Positions 8,482 through 16,302 of a stretch of 41,124 nucleotides of DNA are shown here, in pieces. Source of the DNA: Chthoniobacteraceae bacterium (lineage in GTDB: Bacteria > Verrucomicrobiota > Verrucomicrobiia > Chthoniobacterales > Chthoniobacteraceae); contig JANNWY010000297.1 in assembly GCA_031409335.1 (NCBI GenBank), positions 1-41,124 of the forward strand. Reading direction: 5' to 3'. The notes beneath the pieces are model-generated. The model searched no databases. It saw nothing but the letters and a program-made list of their open reading frames with translations, and was not told the DNA's origin. The position numbers were made by a program, and so were the translations under genes. Each line of letters starts with the position of its first letter. Position 1 is the stretch's first letter.

Positions 8482-9912
8482 ATGGCAACGATTGACGAAA
8501 GACTAGTATCCAAAGTGGTGAGCGAAGTGCTCGCCCGATTGCAGACGCAGACGAAAGTCGCGTCTTCAGGAGCAAGCAGCTTCGGCGTGTATGAAGACAT
8601 GGACGCAGCCTGCGAGGCCGCACACCGCTCGTTTGAAAAACTCCGCGACCTCGGCGTGTCCGCGCGCCGCAAGGCGATCCAGGTCATCCGCAAGCTGGTT
8701 GTCGCGAAGGCCAAGGAATGGGGCGAGATCGAATTCGCGGAGACAAAGATCGGCCGGCTCGATCACAAGATCGAGAAGCTCAAGATTTGTGGCGACCTTG
8801 TTCCCGGCGTCGAGTTTCTCGAGCGCATGGCTTTCAGCGGCGACTTCGGACTGACGATCATCGACTTCGCGCCATGGGGCGTTATCGGTGCGGTGACGCC
8901 TTCGACCCACAGCGTCCCGACGCTCACTGGGAATGCGATCAACATGATCGCCGCGGGTAACTCGGTCGTCTATAACACCCATCCCGCTGCGGCAAAATGC
9001 GCGGCGATTGCGATTCGGGCTTACAATGAAGCGATCTTTCAGGACATAGGTATCTCCGACCTGCTAACTACCGTCATCAAGCCCACGCTCGATACCTTCG
9101 ATGTGATGTGCAAGCACCCAAAGGTAAAGCTGCTCTGCGTCACCGGCGGTCCCGCAGTCGTCGCAGCAGCGATGAAGACTGGCAAGCGAGCCGTGTGCGC
9201 CGGACCAGGCAATCCGCCCGTCGTCGTCGATGAAACCGCCGATCTTGATGTCGCGGCGAAGTCAATCATCCAGGGCGCGAGCTACGACAACAATCTGCTC
9301 TGCATCGGCGAAAAGGAAGTCTTTGTCGTCGAAGCGGTCGCCGACAAACTCATCGCCGCGCTCAAGCGGGCCGGGGCTGTGCAACTCGACGCACGACAAG
9401 TCGAGGCACTCGCGGATAAAGCATTCGTTTTCCCGCAGGGTAAAGGCGCAGGCTGTCCACATCCGGTCGTGAATCGCGACTTGGTTGGGCGCGACGCCGC
9501 AGTGCTCGCCAAGGCGATCGGCCTCGACGTTCCTCCCGCGACGCAGTTGCTCTTTGGCGAGACGAAAGCCGATCACATCTTCGTCGATGAAGAGCAAATG
9601 ATGCCCTTCATCCCGGTCGTGCGCGTGCCGAATGTCGATGCCGGTATCGAAGCCGCCATCCACGCCGAGCACGGTTACAAGCACACCGCGATCATGCACT
9701 CGCAGAACATCCGCAACCTCACCAAAATGGCGCAGGTCGTGGATACCACGCTCTTCATCAAGAACGGCCCGTGCATGACCGGCCTCGGCCTTGGCGGCGA
9801 AGGGTTCCTCAGCTTCAGCGTCGCCACGCCGACCGGTGAAGGCGTCACGACACCCATGACTTTCACACGCTCCCGGCGGTGTGTGATGGTGGAGAATTTG
9901 AACCTTTTCTGA
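8482..9912 (+). CDS. BMC CoA-acylating aldehyde dehydrogenase (EutE/PduP-like) with N-terminal encapsulation peptide
   Basis: IDERLVSKVVSEVLARL peptide; TGGPAVV, AGPGNPP, DNNLLCIGEKE, EQMMP, ATPTGEG. Confidence 0.95.
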   Translation: MATIDERLVSKVVSEVLARLQTQTKVASSGASSFGVYEDMDAACEAAHRSFEKLRDLGVSARRKAIQVIRKLVVAKAKEWGEIEFAETKIGRLDHKIEKLKICGDLVPGVEFLERMAFSGDFGLTIIDFAPWGVIGAVTPSTHSVPTLTGNAINMIAAGNSVVYNTHPAAAKCAAIAIRAYNEAIFQDIGISDLLTTVIKPTLDTFDVMCKHPKVKLLCVTGGPAVVAAAMKTGKRAVCAGPGNPPVVVDETADLDVAAKSIIQGASYDNNLLCIGEKEVFVVEAVADKLIAALKRAGAVQLDARQVEALADKAFVFPQGKGAGCPHPVVNRDLVGRDAAVLAKAIGLDVPPATQLLFGETKADHIFVDEEQMMPFIPVVRVPNVDAGIEAAIHAEHGYKHTAIMHSQNIRNLTKMAQVVDTTLFIKNGPCMTGLGLGGEGFLSFSVATPTGEGVTTPMTFTRSRRCVMVENLNLF

Positions 9913-10356
9913 ACGCCGAACTTCCAAACCTGAACTCTGAACATCGAATGAGTTTATGCCGCGCTTTGACCTTGAGGAACGACTTCTCGACTACGCGGCG
10001 GATGTTATTCGGATCACCAGAACTTTTGAATCAAGCAATGCAGGAAGTCATGTTGCCAACCAGCTATTGCGCTCGGGTACTTCTCCGCTCGCCAATCATG
10101 GCGAAGCGGAATCTGCCAAGTCGAAACGCGACTTTCTGCACCGGCTCCGCACATGCCTGCAAGAGCTTCGCGAATCGTCGCGATGGCTCAAACTCGCAGA
10201 ACGAGTGCCCCTCACCGATCAGCGTGAACCACTCACCAAGCTCATCAAAGAAACGGACGAACTCATTCGCATCTTCTTCGCCAGCATCCGAACAGCAGAA
10301 AGCGGCAACGATGCATGATTCGATGTTGAGCGTTGAGGTTTCGAAGTTCGGCGTTC
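9911..10356. mobile_element. Heptamer inverted-repeat cassette (family A, copy 2) enclosing a four-helix-bundle gene
   Basis: 39-bp arms 9911-9949 and 10318-10356, 35/39 identical; mobility is inferred, not shown. Confidence 0.6.
9956..10318 (+). CDS. Four helix bundle protein (23S rRNA intervening-sequence protein / TIGR02436-like)
   Basis: DLEERLLDYA, QLLRSGTSPLANHGEAESAKSKRDFLHRL, ELRESSRWL, ETDELIRIF. Confidence 0.9.
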   Translation: MPRFDLEERLLDYAADVIRITRTFESSNAGSHVANQLLRSGTSPLANHGEAESAKSKRDFLHRLRTCLQELRESSRWLKLAERVPLTDQREPLTKLIKETDELIRIFFASIRTAESGNDA

Positions 10357-10375
10357 TTCCGAATTCTTCAATTCA

Positions 10376-10639
10376 ATGAGACTAGCCACGATTAAGGGTC
10401 ACGTTACCGCGACGATGAAGCACAAGAGCCTCAATGGCTGGCGGCTGCTCATCGCGATTCCTGACAGTCCCGATCTGGCTCCGCAGATCGTGCTCGACCC
10501 GCTGGGTGCAGGCATTGGGCAAAAGGTGATGATCTCCAGCGATGGTAGCGAAGCGCGCAAGATCGTGGGAGACGAGCGGAGCCCGGCGCGCTGGACTGTG
10601 CTTGGAATCATTGATCCGGAAAGGACGCTCGCGCTATGA
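10376..10639 (+). CDS. BMC-P shell pentamer (EutN/CcmL family)
   Basis: MRLATIKGHVTATMKH, DPLGAGIGQKVMISSDG, GIID. Confidence 0.92.
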   Translation: MRLATIKGHVTATMKHKSLNGWRLLIAIPDSPDLAPQIVLDPLGAGIGQKVMISSDGSEARKIVGDERSPARWTVLGIIDPERTLAL

Positions 10640-10914
10640 GAATGGGGACCGTAATCGGTCGAGTGACGCTTTCCGTTCGTTCGCCGAAATACATTGGCGA
10701 GCGGCTGCTCATCACGCTGCCTTGGAAGACGGATACCTTTACCGGTGCGGAGAGATTCGACCCAGCCATCGTGGTCTATGACCAGCTCGGCGCGGGGGTC
10801 GGACAGCAGATCGCCATCAGCGAAGGCCGCGAAGCCGCCTGCCCATTTGAGAAGCCAACCCCCGTCGATGCCTACTGCGCTGCGCTCGTCGATGAATTTT
10901 TCTACAAGGAGTAA
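10636..10914 (+). CDS. BMC-P shell pentamer (EutN/CcmL family)
   Basis: MRMGTVIGRVTLS, DQLGAGVGQ, SEGREA, PVDAYCAALVD; ATGA overlap with previous gene. Confidence 0.92.
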   Translation: MRMGTVIGRVTLSVRSPKYIGERLLITLPWKTDTFTGAERFDPAIVVYDQLGAGVGQQIAISEGREAACPFEKPTPVDAYCAALVDEFFYKE

Positions 10915-10917
10915 ACT

Positions 10918-11982
10918 ATGCAATTGATCGCCCAAAAAGAAGCCGCTGAGTTTGTGAAAACCGGCGCGAAAGAGTTTCGTCAGAACTCAGAAATCCGCCT
11001 CACGCCTGGCGCTAAGGACATCTTTACGGAAAGCGGAATCAAGGTTGTCTTTGACTCCGGTGCCGCCGCGCCCGTGTCGTCGCCCGCTCCCGCCACAAGC
11101 AGCGCACCGGGCAACTACAGCGCGGATGACGTGCGACTTTTCGCCTCAAAGGAGGCCAACGAAATCAAAGAGCAAATCTGCGACATCGGACGCCGCATCT
11201 GGGCTCGCGAGTATTGCGATGGCAATGGCGGTAACATCTCCGCGCGCCTGGGGCCGGATCGTTTTATCTGCACGCCGACGGGCGTTAGCAAAGGCTTCAT
11301 GACGCCAGCGATGATGTGCATGGTCGATGGCAAGGGAACCCAGTGCGGGGGAACTTGGAAGCGCTCGAGCGAGATCACGACCCACATGGCCATCTTTCAC
11401 TCGACGCCGGAAGCCATGAGCGTTTGCCATGCGCACCCATGCCATGCAGGTGCCTTCGCGATCAAGGGAATGCAGCCACCGCCGCGATTGATTCCTGAGT
11501 TGGAAGTCTTCGTCGGCACGGTGGCCTACACGCCTTACAAGACACCGGGTTCGCCAGAGATTGCGGCGGAGATTTTCCCGCTTGCGCCGAAACATCAGTC
11601 GATCCTCATGGGTAACCACGGCGTCATCTGCTGGGGCAAATCGGTCGAGGATGCCTACTTCAAAATGGAGATCACCGATGCCTATTGCCGCACGGTTATC
11701 CTGGCGCAGTCCATTCCCGGTTCGGCATCGATCCCGTGCGACAAGCTGCCGGAGCTGCTCAAAATTAAGAAAAGCCTCGGCCTTCCCGACGATCGCTACG
11801 AACTCAAGCCAGCGGGGCTTTGCGAAGTCGATCCGTGGACGCAGATGTGCGGCTCGCATGGCTGCTCGTCGCCAGTGACGCCATTCAATCCGCTGACCAA
11901 CGGCGCTACCACGAGCGACGCCGATCTCGAAGCGTTGGTGCAAAAACTCACCGACGAAATCGTTGCCAACCTCTCCAAATAA
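10918..11982 (+). CDS. Class II aldolase/adducin family (FucA/RhaD-like signature enzyme) with extra N-terminal module and C-terminal encapsulation peptide
   Basis: GNGGNISAR, TPTGVSKG, SSEITTH, HAHP, MGNHGV; C-terminal DLEALVQKLTDEIVANL. Confidence 0.92.
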   Translation: MQLIAQKEAAEFVKTGAKEFRQNSEIRLTPGAKDIFTESGIKVVFDSGAAAPVSSPAPATSSAPGNYSADDVRLFASKEANEIKEQICDIGRRIWAREYCDGNGGNISARLGPDRFICTPTGVSKGFMTPAMMCMVDGKGTQCGGTWKRSSEITTHMAIFHSTPEAMSVCHAHPCHAGAFAIKGMQPPPRLIPELEVFVGTVAYTPYKTPGSPEIAAEIFPLAPKHQSILMGNHGVICWGKSVEDAYFKMEITDAYCRTVILAQSIPGSASIPCDKLPELLKIKKSLGLPDDRYELKPAGLCEVDPWTQMCGSHGCSSPVTPFNPLTNGATTSDADLEALVQKLTDEIVANLSK

Positions 11983-11987
11983 TTATG

Positions 11988-12062
11988 GCCCTCGAAAAAC
12001 GCGAAATGACGCGAAAATTCTGGCAGAAAATCCTTTCGCGTTGTTTCGCGCCTTTCGCGGGC
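11988..12062. repeat. Inverted repeat of CGCGAAA-containing units (family B, copy 2)
   Basis: gccctcgaaaaacgcgaaatgacgcgaaa vs reverse complement gcccgcgaaaggcgcgaaacaacgcgaaa. Confidence 0.85.
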
Positions 12063-12078
12063 AACAAAAAATCCTGAT

Positions 12079-13005
12079 ATGAAAGTAGCAATCATTGGCG
12101 GCGGTGGCCGCGTCGGTTCTTGCGCGGCGTTTGCGCTGCAATGCAGCGGTGTCGTCCGCGAGCTAGTCATCCTCGATGCCAACCAGGCGACTGCGGAGGG
12201 CGAGGCACTCGACCTTTTGCATGGCGCGGCGTTTTGCAGCGACCAGGTGATCCGTGCGGGTAACTTTGCGGATTGCGCAGATGCGGACATCATTTGCATC
12301 ACGGCGGGACTTCGCCGGAAGCCAGATGAATCACGGCTCGATCTGATCAACCGCAACGTGTCCCTCTTTCGCGGAATCCTCGCGAGCCTCAAGAGCGCGG
12401 GGATCAAGAAGGACGCGATCATTTTTGTCGTCTCGAATCCGGTCGATATTCTTACCTATCTCGCTTGGAAGGAAACGGGCCTGCCGGAAAACCAGGTCAT
12501 CGGCCTCGGCACGATGCTCGATACCTCGCGCTTCTGCTCGCTGATCGCCGACTCGATCAAGCTCCCACCCACCCAAGTCCGCGCGATGATCCTCGGCGAA
12601 CACGGCGACTCGATGGTGCCGATCTGGTCGTCCGCGACCGTCGATGGTTTCCCGCTCACGAAATTCGCCGGAGTCACGCCGACTTTCCAAACGCAGATCT
12701 TCGAGCGCACGCAGAAGAGCGGCGCGGAAGTCATCTCGCGCAAAGGCGGCGCGGGCTGGGCGGTCGGCGTCGCAATCCGCGAAGTGATCGACTGCATCGC
12801 ACTGGATCGTCGTCGCATCCTGCCCGTGTCGGCCTTGGTCAAAGGCACCTATGGCATCCGGGACGTGTCGATCAGCGTGCCGACCGTGGTCGGTCGCGCG
12901 GGCGTCTTGCAGCAGATCGAGATCGAGCTGTGGCCAAAGGAACTCAACGGCCTGCAAAGCTCGGCGAAGGCGCTCAAGGACACGCTCAGCAAGGTGCAGG
13001 GCTGA
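12079..13005 (+). CDS. L-lactate/malate dehydrogenase family protein
   Basis: IIGGGGRVG, TAGLRRKPDESRLDL, SNPVD, GTMLDTSR, LGEHGDS. Confidence 0.93.
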   Translation: MKVAIIGGGGRVGSCAAFALQCSGVVRELVILDANQATAEGEALDLLHGAAFCSDQVIRAGNFADCADADIICITAGLRRKPDESRLDLINRNVSLFRGILASLKSAGIKKDAIIFVVSNPVDILTYLAWKETGLPENQVIGLGTMLDTSRFCSLIADSIKLPPTQVRAMILGEHGDSMVPIWSSATVDGFPLTKFAGVTPTFQTQIFERTQKSGAEVISRKGGAGWAVGVAIREVIDCIALDRRRILPVSALVKGTYGIRDVSISVPTVVGRAGVLQQIEIELWPKELNGLQSSAKALKDTLSKVQG

Positions 13006-13010
13006 GGAAT

Positions 13011-13108
13011 GAACGCCGAACTCCCAAACCTGAACGTCGAACTTCGAATTCACAGTTCGGACGCTTTTTCTTCAGCGTTCGGAGTTCAGGTTTGGGCGTT
13101 CGACGTTC
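13011..13108. repeat. Empty heptamer inverted-repeat cassette (family A, copy 3)
   Basis: gaacgcc gaactcc caaacct gaacgtc gaacttc; right arm reverse complement gaacgtc gaacgcc caaacct gaactcc gaacgct. Confidence 0.9.
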
Positions 13109-13115
13109 GCTAAGG

Positions 13116-14294
13116 ATGCAGAAGTCGCTCGACCAAAAGATCGCCGACATCCGGGCGAATCCCTCGGGGAGCAAGGCGTTCATCATTGCCGATGCGAAGG
13201 ATGCGGACATGGCATTTGGCATCACCGCGCCGGGACAAAAGCGCCCGCTCAATCCTGAGCGCGTGCTCAAGTCGGAGATCCGCTGGAAGACGCTCGCGGA
13301 ATACCGGCGGCAGATTCGCGAGGTGGTGCAGCAGGGACTTATCGACATCATGCTTTGCTCGGCGTCGAACGTGGAGCAACTGGCGATCAACGAAGGGCTC
13401 TTCGAGAACTCGCACATCACGCCCGCCGCCCGCGCCAACGACGCCACCGACATCTGGGTCATCCGCGGCGCCGAATACATCCAGCAGCCCTCGCGACCCT
13501 TTCGCACCGCGACCATCGACCACATCAAATGCGGCCAGATCGACTGCGATCCCGCGGCCCCGCACGTCGGCGCGGACCTTGGCCTTTACTCGGTCACGTT
13601 CACCAACGACCTCGATCGCGACTACGAAACGCTGCGCGCCTTCAAGGAATTCCGGGAGGAGGCGGAGCGGAAAAACTTCCGTTACTTCCTCGAAGTGTTC
13701 GACCCGAACGTCGATCCCGGCATTTCCGCCGAGATGGTCGATGGCTTCATCAACGACCACATCATCCGCAGCCTCGCCGGCGTGACCGAGCGCGGGCGTC
13801 CGGTGTTTTTGAAAATCGTCTATCGCGGCCCAAAGGCGATGGAGGAACTCGCCGCCTACGATCCGAACCTCATCGTCGGCATCCTCGGCGGCGGCGCGGG
13901 CACGACCTACGACGCCTTCAAGCTCATCGCCGAAGCGCAGAAACACGGTGCGCGCGTCGCCCTCTTCGGACGCAAGATCAACCAAGCCGAGCACCCGCTC
14001 GCCTTCATCGAAATGCTGCGTCGCATCGTCGAGCACGAGATCACCCCCGAGGAAGCCGTGCGCGCCTACCACAGCGTGCTGCTGGCCAGCGGCATCGCGC
14101 CTTTGCGCAAACTCGAGGACGACCAGCAACTCACCTCCGGCATCACCAGCTACGGTGGCACTGGCGCGAAGATCGTAAAACCGGCTGGCGTGCCAGCAGT
14201 GAAAACAGGCGAAACCATTTCCGCCGAAAACACCGCCGCGCGCACCCGCCTCGACGCGCAGCTCGCGCGGCTGCGCAGGCGGCTTCCCGAATAG
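13116..14294 (+). CDS. Conserved hypothetical protein, probable class I (Schiff-base) aldolase-like TIM barrel
   Basis: Start ATG 13116 after TAAGG; FLKIVY (candidate Schiff-base Lys), ILGGGAG and LFGRKI resemble DhnA/LsrF motifs. Confidence 0.65.
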   Translation: MQKSLDQKIADIRANPSGSKAFIIADAKDADMAFGITAPGQKRPLNPERVLKSEIRWKTLAEYRRQIREVVQQGLIDIMLCSASNVEQLAINEGLFENSHITPAARANDATDIWVIRGAEYIQQPSRPFRTATIDHIKCGQIDCDPAAPHVGADLGLYSVTFTNDLDRDYETLRAFKEFREEAERKNFRYFLEVFDPNVDPGISAEMVDGFINDHIIRSLAGVTERGRPVFLKIVYRGPKAMEELAAYDPNLIVGILGGGAGTTYDAFKLIAEAQKHGARVALFGRKINQAEHPLAFIEMLRRIVEHEITPEEAVRAYHSVLLASGIAPLRKLEDDQQLTSGITSYGGTGAKIVKPAGVPAVKTGETISAENTAARTRLDAQLARLRRRLPE

Positions 14295-14325
14295 GCCGCA
14301 GTGACCAGGGCGCGCCCGCCCCCGC

Positions 14326-15651
14326 TTACTCGCGCGCGCTGAATTCCGCCCTGACCCAGTCCATTGCCTCATCCGCCGTTTTCAGCGTGCCTTCGAGCTG
14401 GCGCGATTGCACGGCTTCGAGGATTTCCGAAAAGCGCGGGCCGGGTGCAAAACCAATGGCCATCAGGTTTCGCCCGGTGATGAGCGGCTTTGGGATCAGC
14501 GGCTCGCTCGCGAACTCCTCGCGCTTTGCTTTTAGAAAATCGTAGTTGTCCAGCGCCCCGTGGCTGCTCGTGCAATCGACCCGGTGCAGCTCCATCTCCT
14601 CGTCGAAATGCGGCCGCGCCATGAAGCGTTTCAGCTTCGCCACGCGCATCTGCTGCACGTCCTTGAAGACCATGTGATTCGCGACAGCCGCGACCGTCGC
14701 TTCGATGTCCGCGCGGGTGAAACGCAGCCGCGACATCAGCGCCTCCGTCATCTCCGCGCCGATTTTGTCGTGGCCGTTGAAACGGATGCGACCGTCGGGA
14801 TCGACGACGAAAGTCGGCGGCTTGCCGATGTCGTGAAAGAGCACGGACATCACCAATGGCAGCGTCACTTCGCGTGGCAGCAGACCGAGCATGATGCGGG
14901 TGTGGACGAACACATCGCCCTCGGGATGAAACTGCGGCGGCTGCTCGCAACCCTTGAGCGCATCGAGCTCCGGCAGCACTTCATTCATTAGCCCGCTCGC
15001 ATCCAACAGATCGAAACCACGCACGCGATTCGGCGAAAGGAAGATTTTCACCAGCTCCTCGCGGATGCGCTCCGCGCTGACCTCGTGAATAAACGCGGCG
15101 CTTTCCCGCACCGCCGCCCAAGTCGCGGGCTCGATTTCAAACTCCAGCGTCGTCGCAAATCGCACCGCGCGCAGCAGCCGCAGGCGGTCCTCGCGAAAAC
15201 GCGCAGCGGGATCGCCGATCGCGCGCAGCACCTTCGCCGCGAGATCGCGCTGGCCGTTCACATAGTCCACGAGCTGCTCGCGGATCGGGTCGTGGAAAAG
15301 GCCGTTGATCGTGAAATCGCGCCGCTGCGCGTCCTCTTCCGGCGTCGCAAAAGTCACGCTCTCCGGATGCCGCCCGTCGAGATACACACCGTCCGCGCGG
15401 AACGACGCGACCTGAAATTGATCCGACGCATAGACGACGACCACGACGCCAAAATGCGCGCCGACCGCAAACGTGCGATCGAACAACGCCTGCACCTGCT
15501 CGGGCCGCGCGCTCGTCGCGATGTCGTAATCGTGTGGCTCGACGCCCATCAATTTGTCGCGCACACAACCGCCAGCGAAAAGCGCGGTGTGGCCAGCTTC
15601 CTGAAGGCGCTGGACGACACGGCGGGCGGATCTGGCGAGAGTGGCGGACAC
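14326..15651 (-). CDS. CCA tRNA nucleotidyltransferase / poly(A) polymerase family with HD domain
   Basis: AGGCVRD, DYDIAT, RRDFTING, EDRLRLLRAVRF, HPEGDV, FHDIGK. Confidence 0.93.
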   Translation of the reverse strand: MSATLARSARRVVQRLQEAGHTALFAGGCVRDKLMGVEPHDYDIATSARPEQVQALFDRTFAVGAHFGVVVVVYASDQFQVASFRADGVYLDGRHPESVTFATPEEDAQRRDFTINGLFHDPIREQLVDYVNGQRDLAAKVLRAIGDPAARFREDRLRLLRAVRFATTLEFEIEPATWAAVRESAAFIHEVSAERIREELVKIFLSPNRVRGFDLLDASGLMNEVLPELDALKGCEQPPQFHPEGDVFVHTRIMLGLLPREVTLPLVMSVLFHDIGKPPTFVVDPDGRIRFNGHDKIGAEMTEALMSRLRFTRADIEATVAAVANHMVFKDVQQMRVAKLKRFMARPHFDEEMELHRVDCTSSHGALDNYDFLKAKREEFASEPLIPKPLITGRNLMAIGFAPGPRFSEILEAVQSRQLEGTLKTADEAMDWVRAEFSARE

Positions 15652-15707
15652 GCGTCCGAGTAGAGCAGTTGCGGCGTTGACTTCCAGAGCGGAAGGCGGC
15701 GCGCGGG

Positions 15708-16229
15708 CTAGCGGAACTTCGGAGTGCCTGCGGGCTTTACATCCGGCTCGGGCGCGGCATCCGCGGGTGCCGCGGGGAGTGTTTGCGAAATGTCGTCCGC
15801 GGGATCGGTCGTATTCGGACCTGTCGAAAAAATGCGGTAAGTCGGCGGATCGCCCGGCAACTCTTCAAAGACGTAGGCATGTCCCCACGGATCGCGCGGG
15901 ACATTCGTCCGCAACTTTGGCCAGAAAATTTCCGGCGCCATGCCCGCCGGCCTTTCCACCAGCGCGTCGAGCCCTTCCCTGACCGTGGGATAGCGTCCCA
16001 CACTTTTCCGAAACACGCCGACCTGCGCCGCCATCGTCGCGATCTCGGATTGCGCCGCTGCGTTGGGCATCGGTGCGGAAATGAGCGGCGTGGAATCGGG
16101 CACGACAAGTATCCAGATCAGATAGCCGCATCCCGCCAGCGCGATGGCTGCCATGCTGAAGAAAAGCAGCGACGCGCCAACCCGGCGTGGCGGTGGCGGG
16201 AATGGATTGCGAATCGGAGGGCGTTCCAT
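15708..16229 (-). CDS. Type II secretion GspG-like pseudopilin-domain protein
   Basis: N-terminal TM, GRYPTVREGLDALV, PRDPWGHAY, STGPN; no canonical G/FxxxE prepilin site. Confidence 0.75.
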   Translation of the reverse strand: MERPPIRNPFPPPPRRVGASLLFFSMAAIALAGCGYLIWILVVPDSTPLISAPMPNAAAQSEIATMAAQVGVFRKSVGRYPTVREGLDALVERPAGMAPEIFWPKLRTNVPRDPWGHAYVFEELPGDPPTYRIFSTGPNTTDPADDISQTLPAAPADAAPEPDVKPAGTPKFR

Positions 16230-16302
16230 GATCAGCGGGCGTGCCTTGGGGATTTCATGGGCGCGAATTCTACCCGCCCGCGCGATGTCGGCAAGTGCGT
16301 CG

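Noticed and set aside
9956..10318. Diversity-generating retroelement implied by an Avd-like protein
   Set aside because: No reverse transcriptase or TR/VR pair is visible in the window.
8370..13108. Family A repeats as a CRISPR array
   Set aside because: Copies are inverted pairs kilobases apart with internal 7-nt periodicity; there is no repeat-spacer array and no cas gene.
12465..13115. N-terminal extension of the 609-aa ORF, and extensions of ORFs starting at 24486, 24516, 18809, 20776, 22025 and 24187
   Set aside because: They run through neighbouring genes or repeat hairpins; downstream starts fit family N-termini and promoters.
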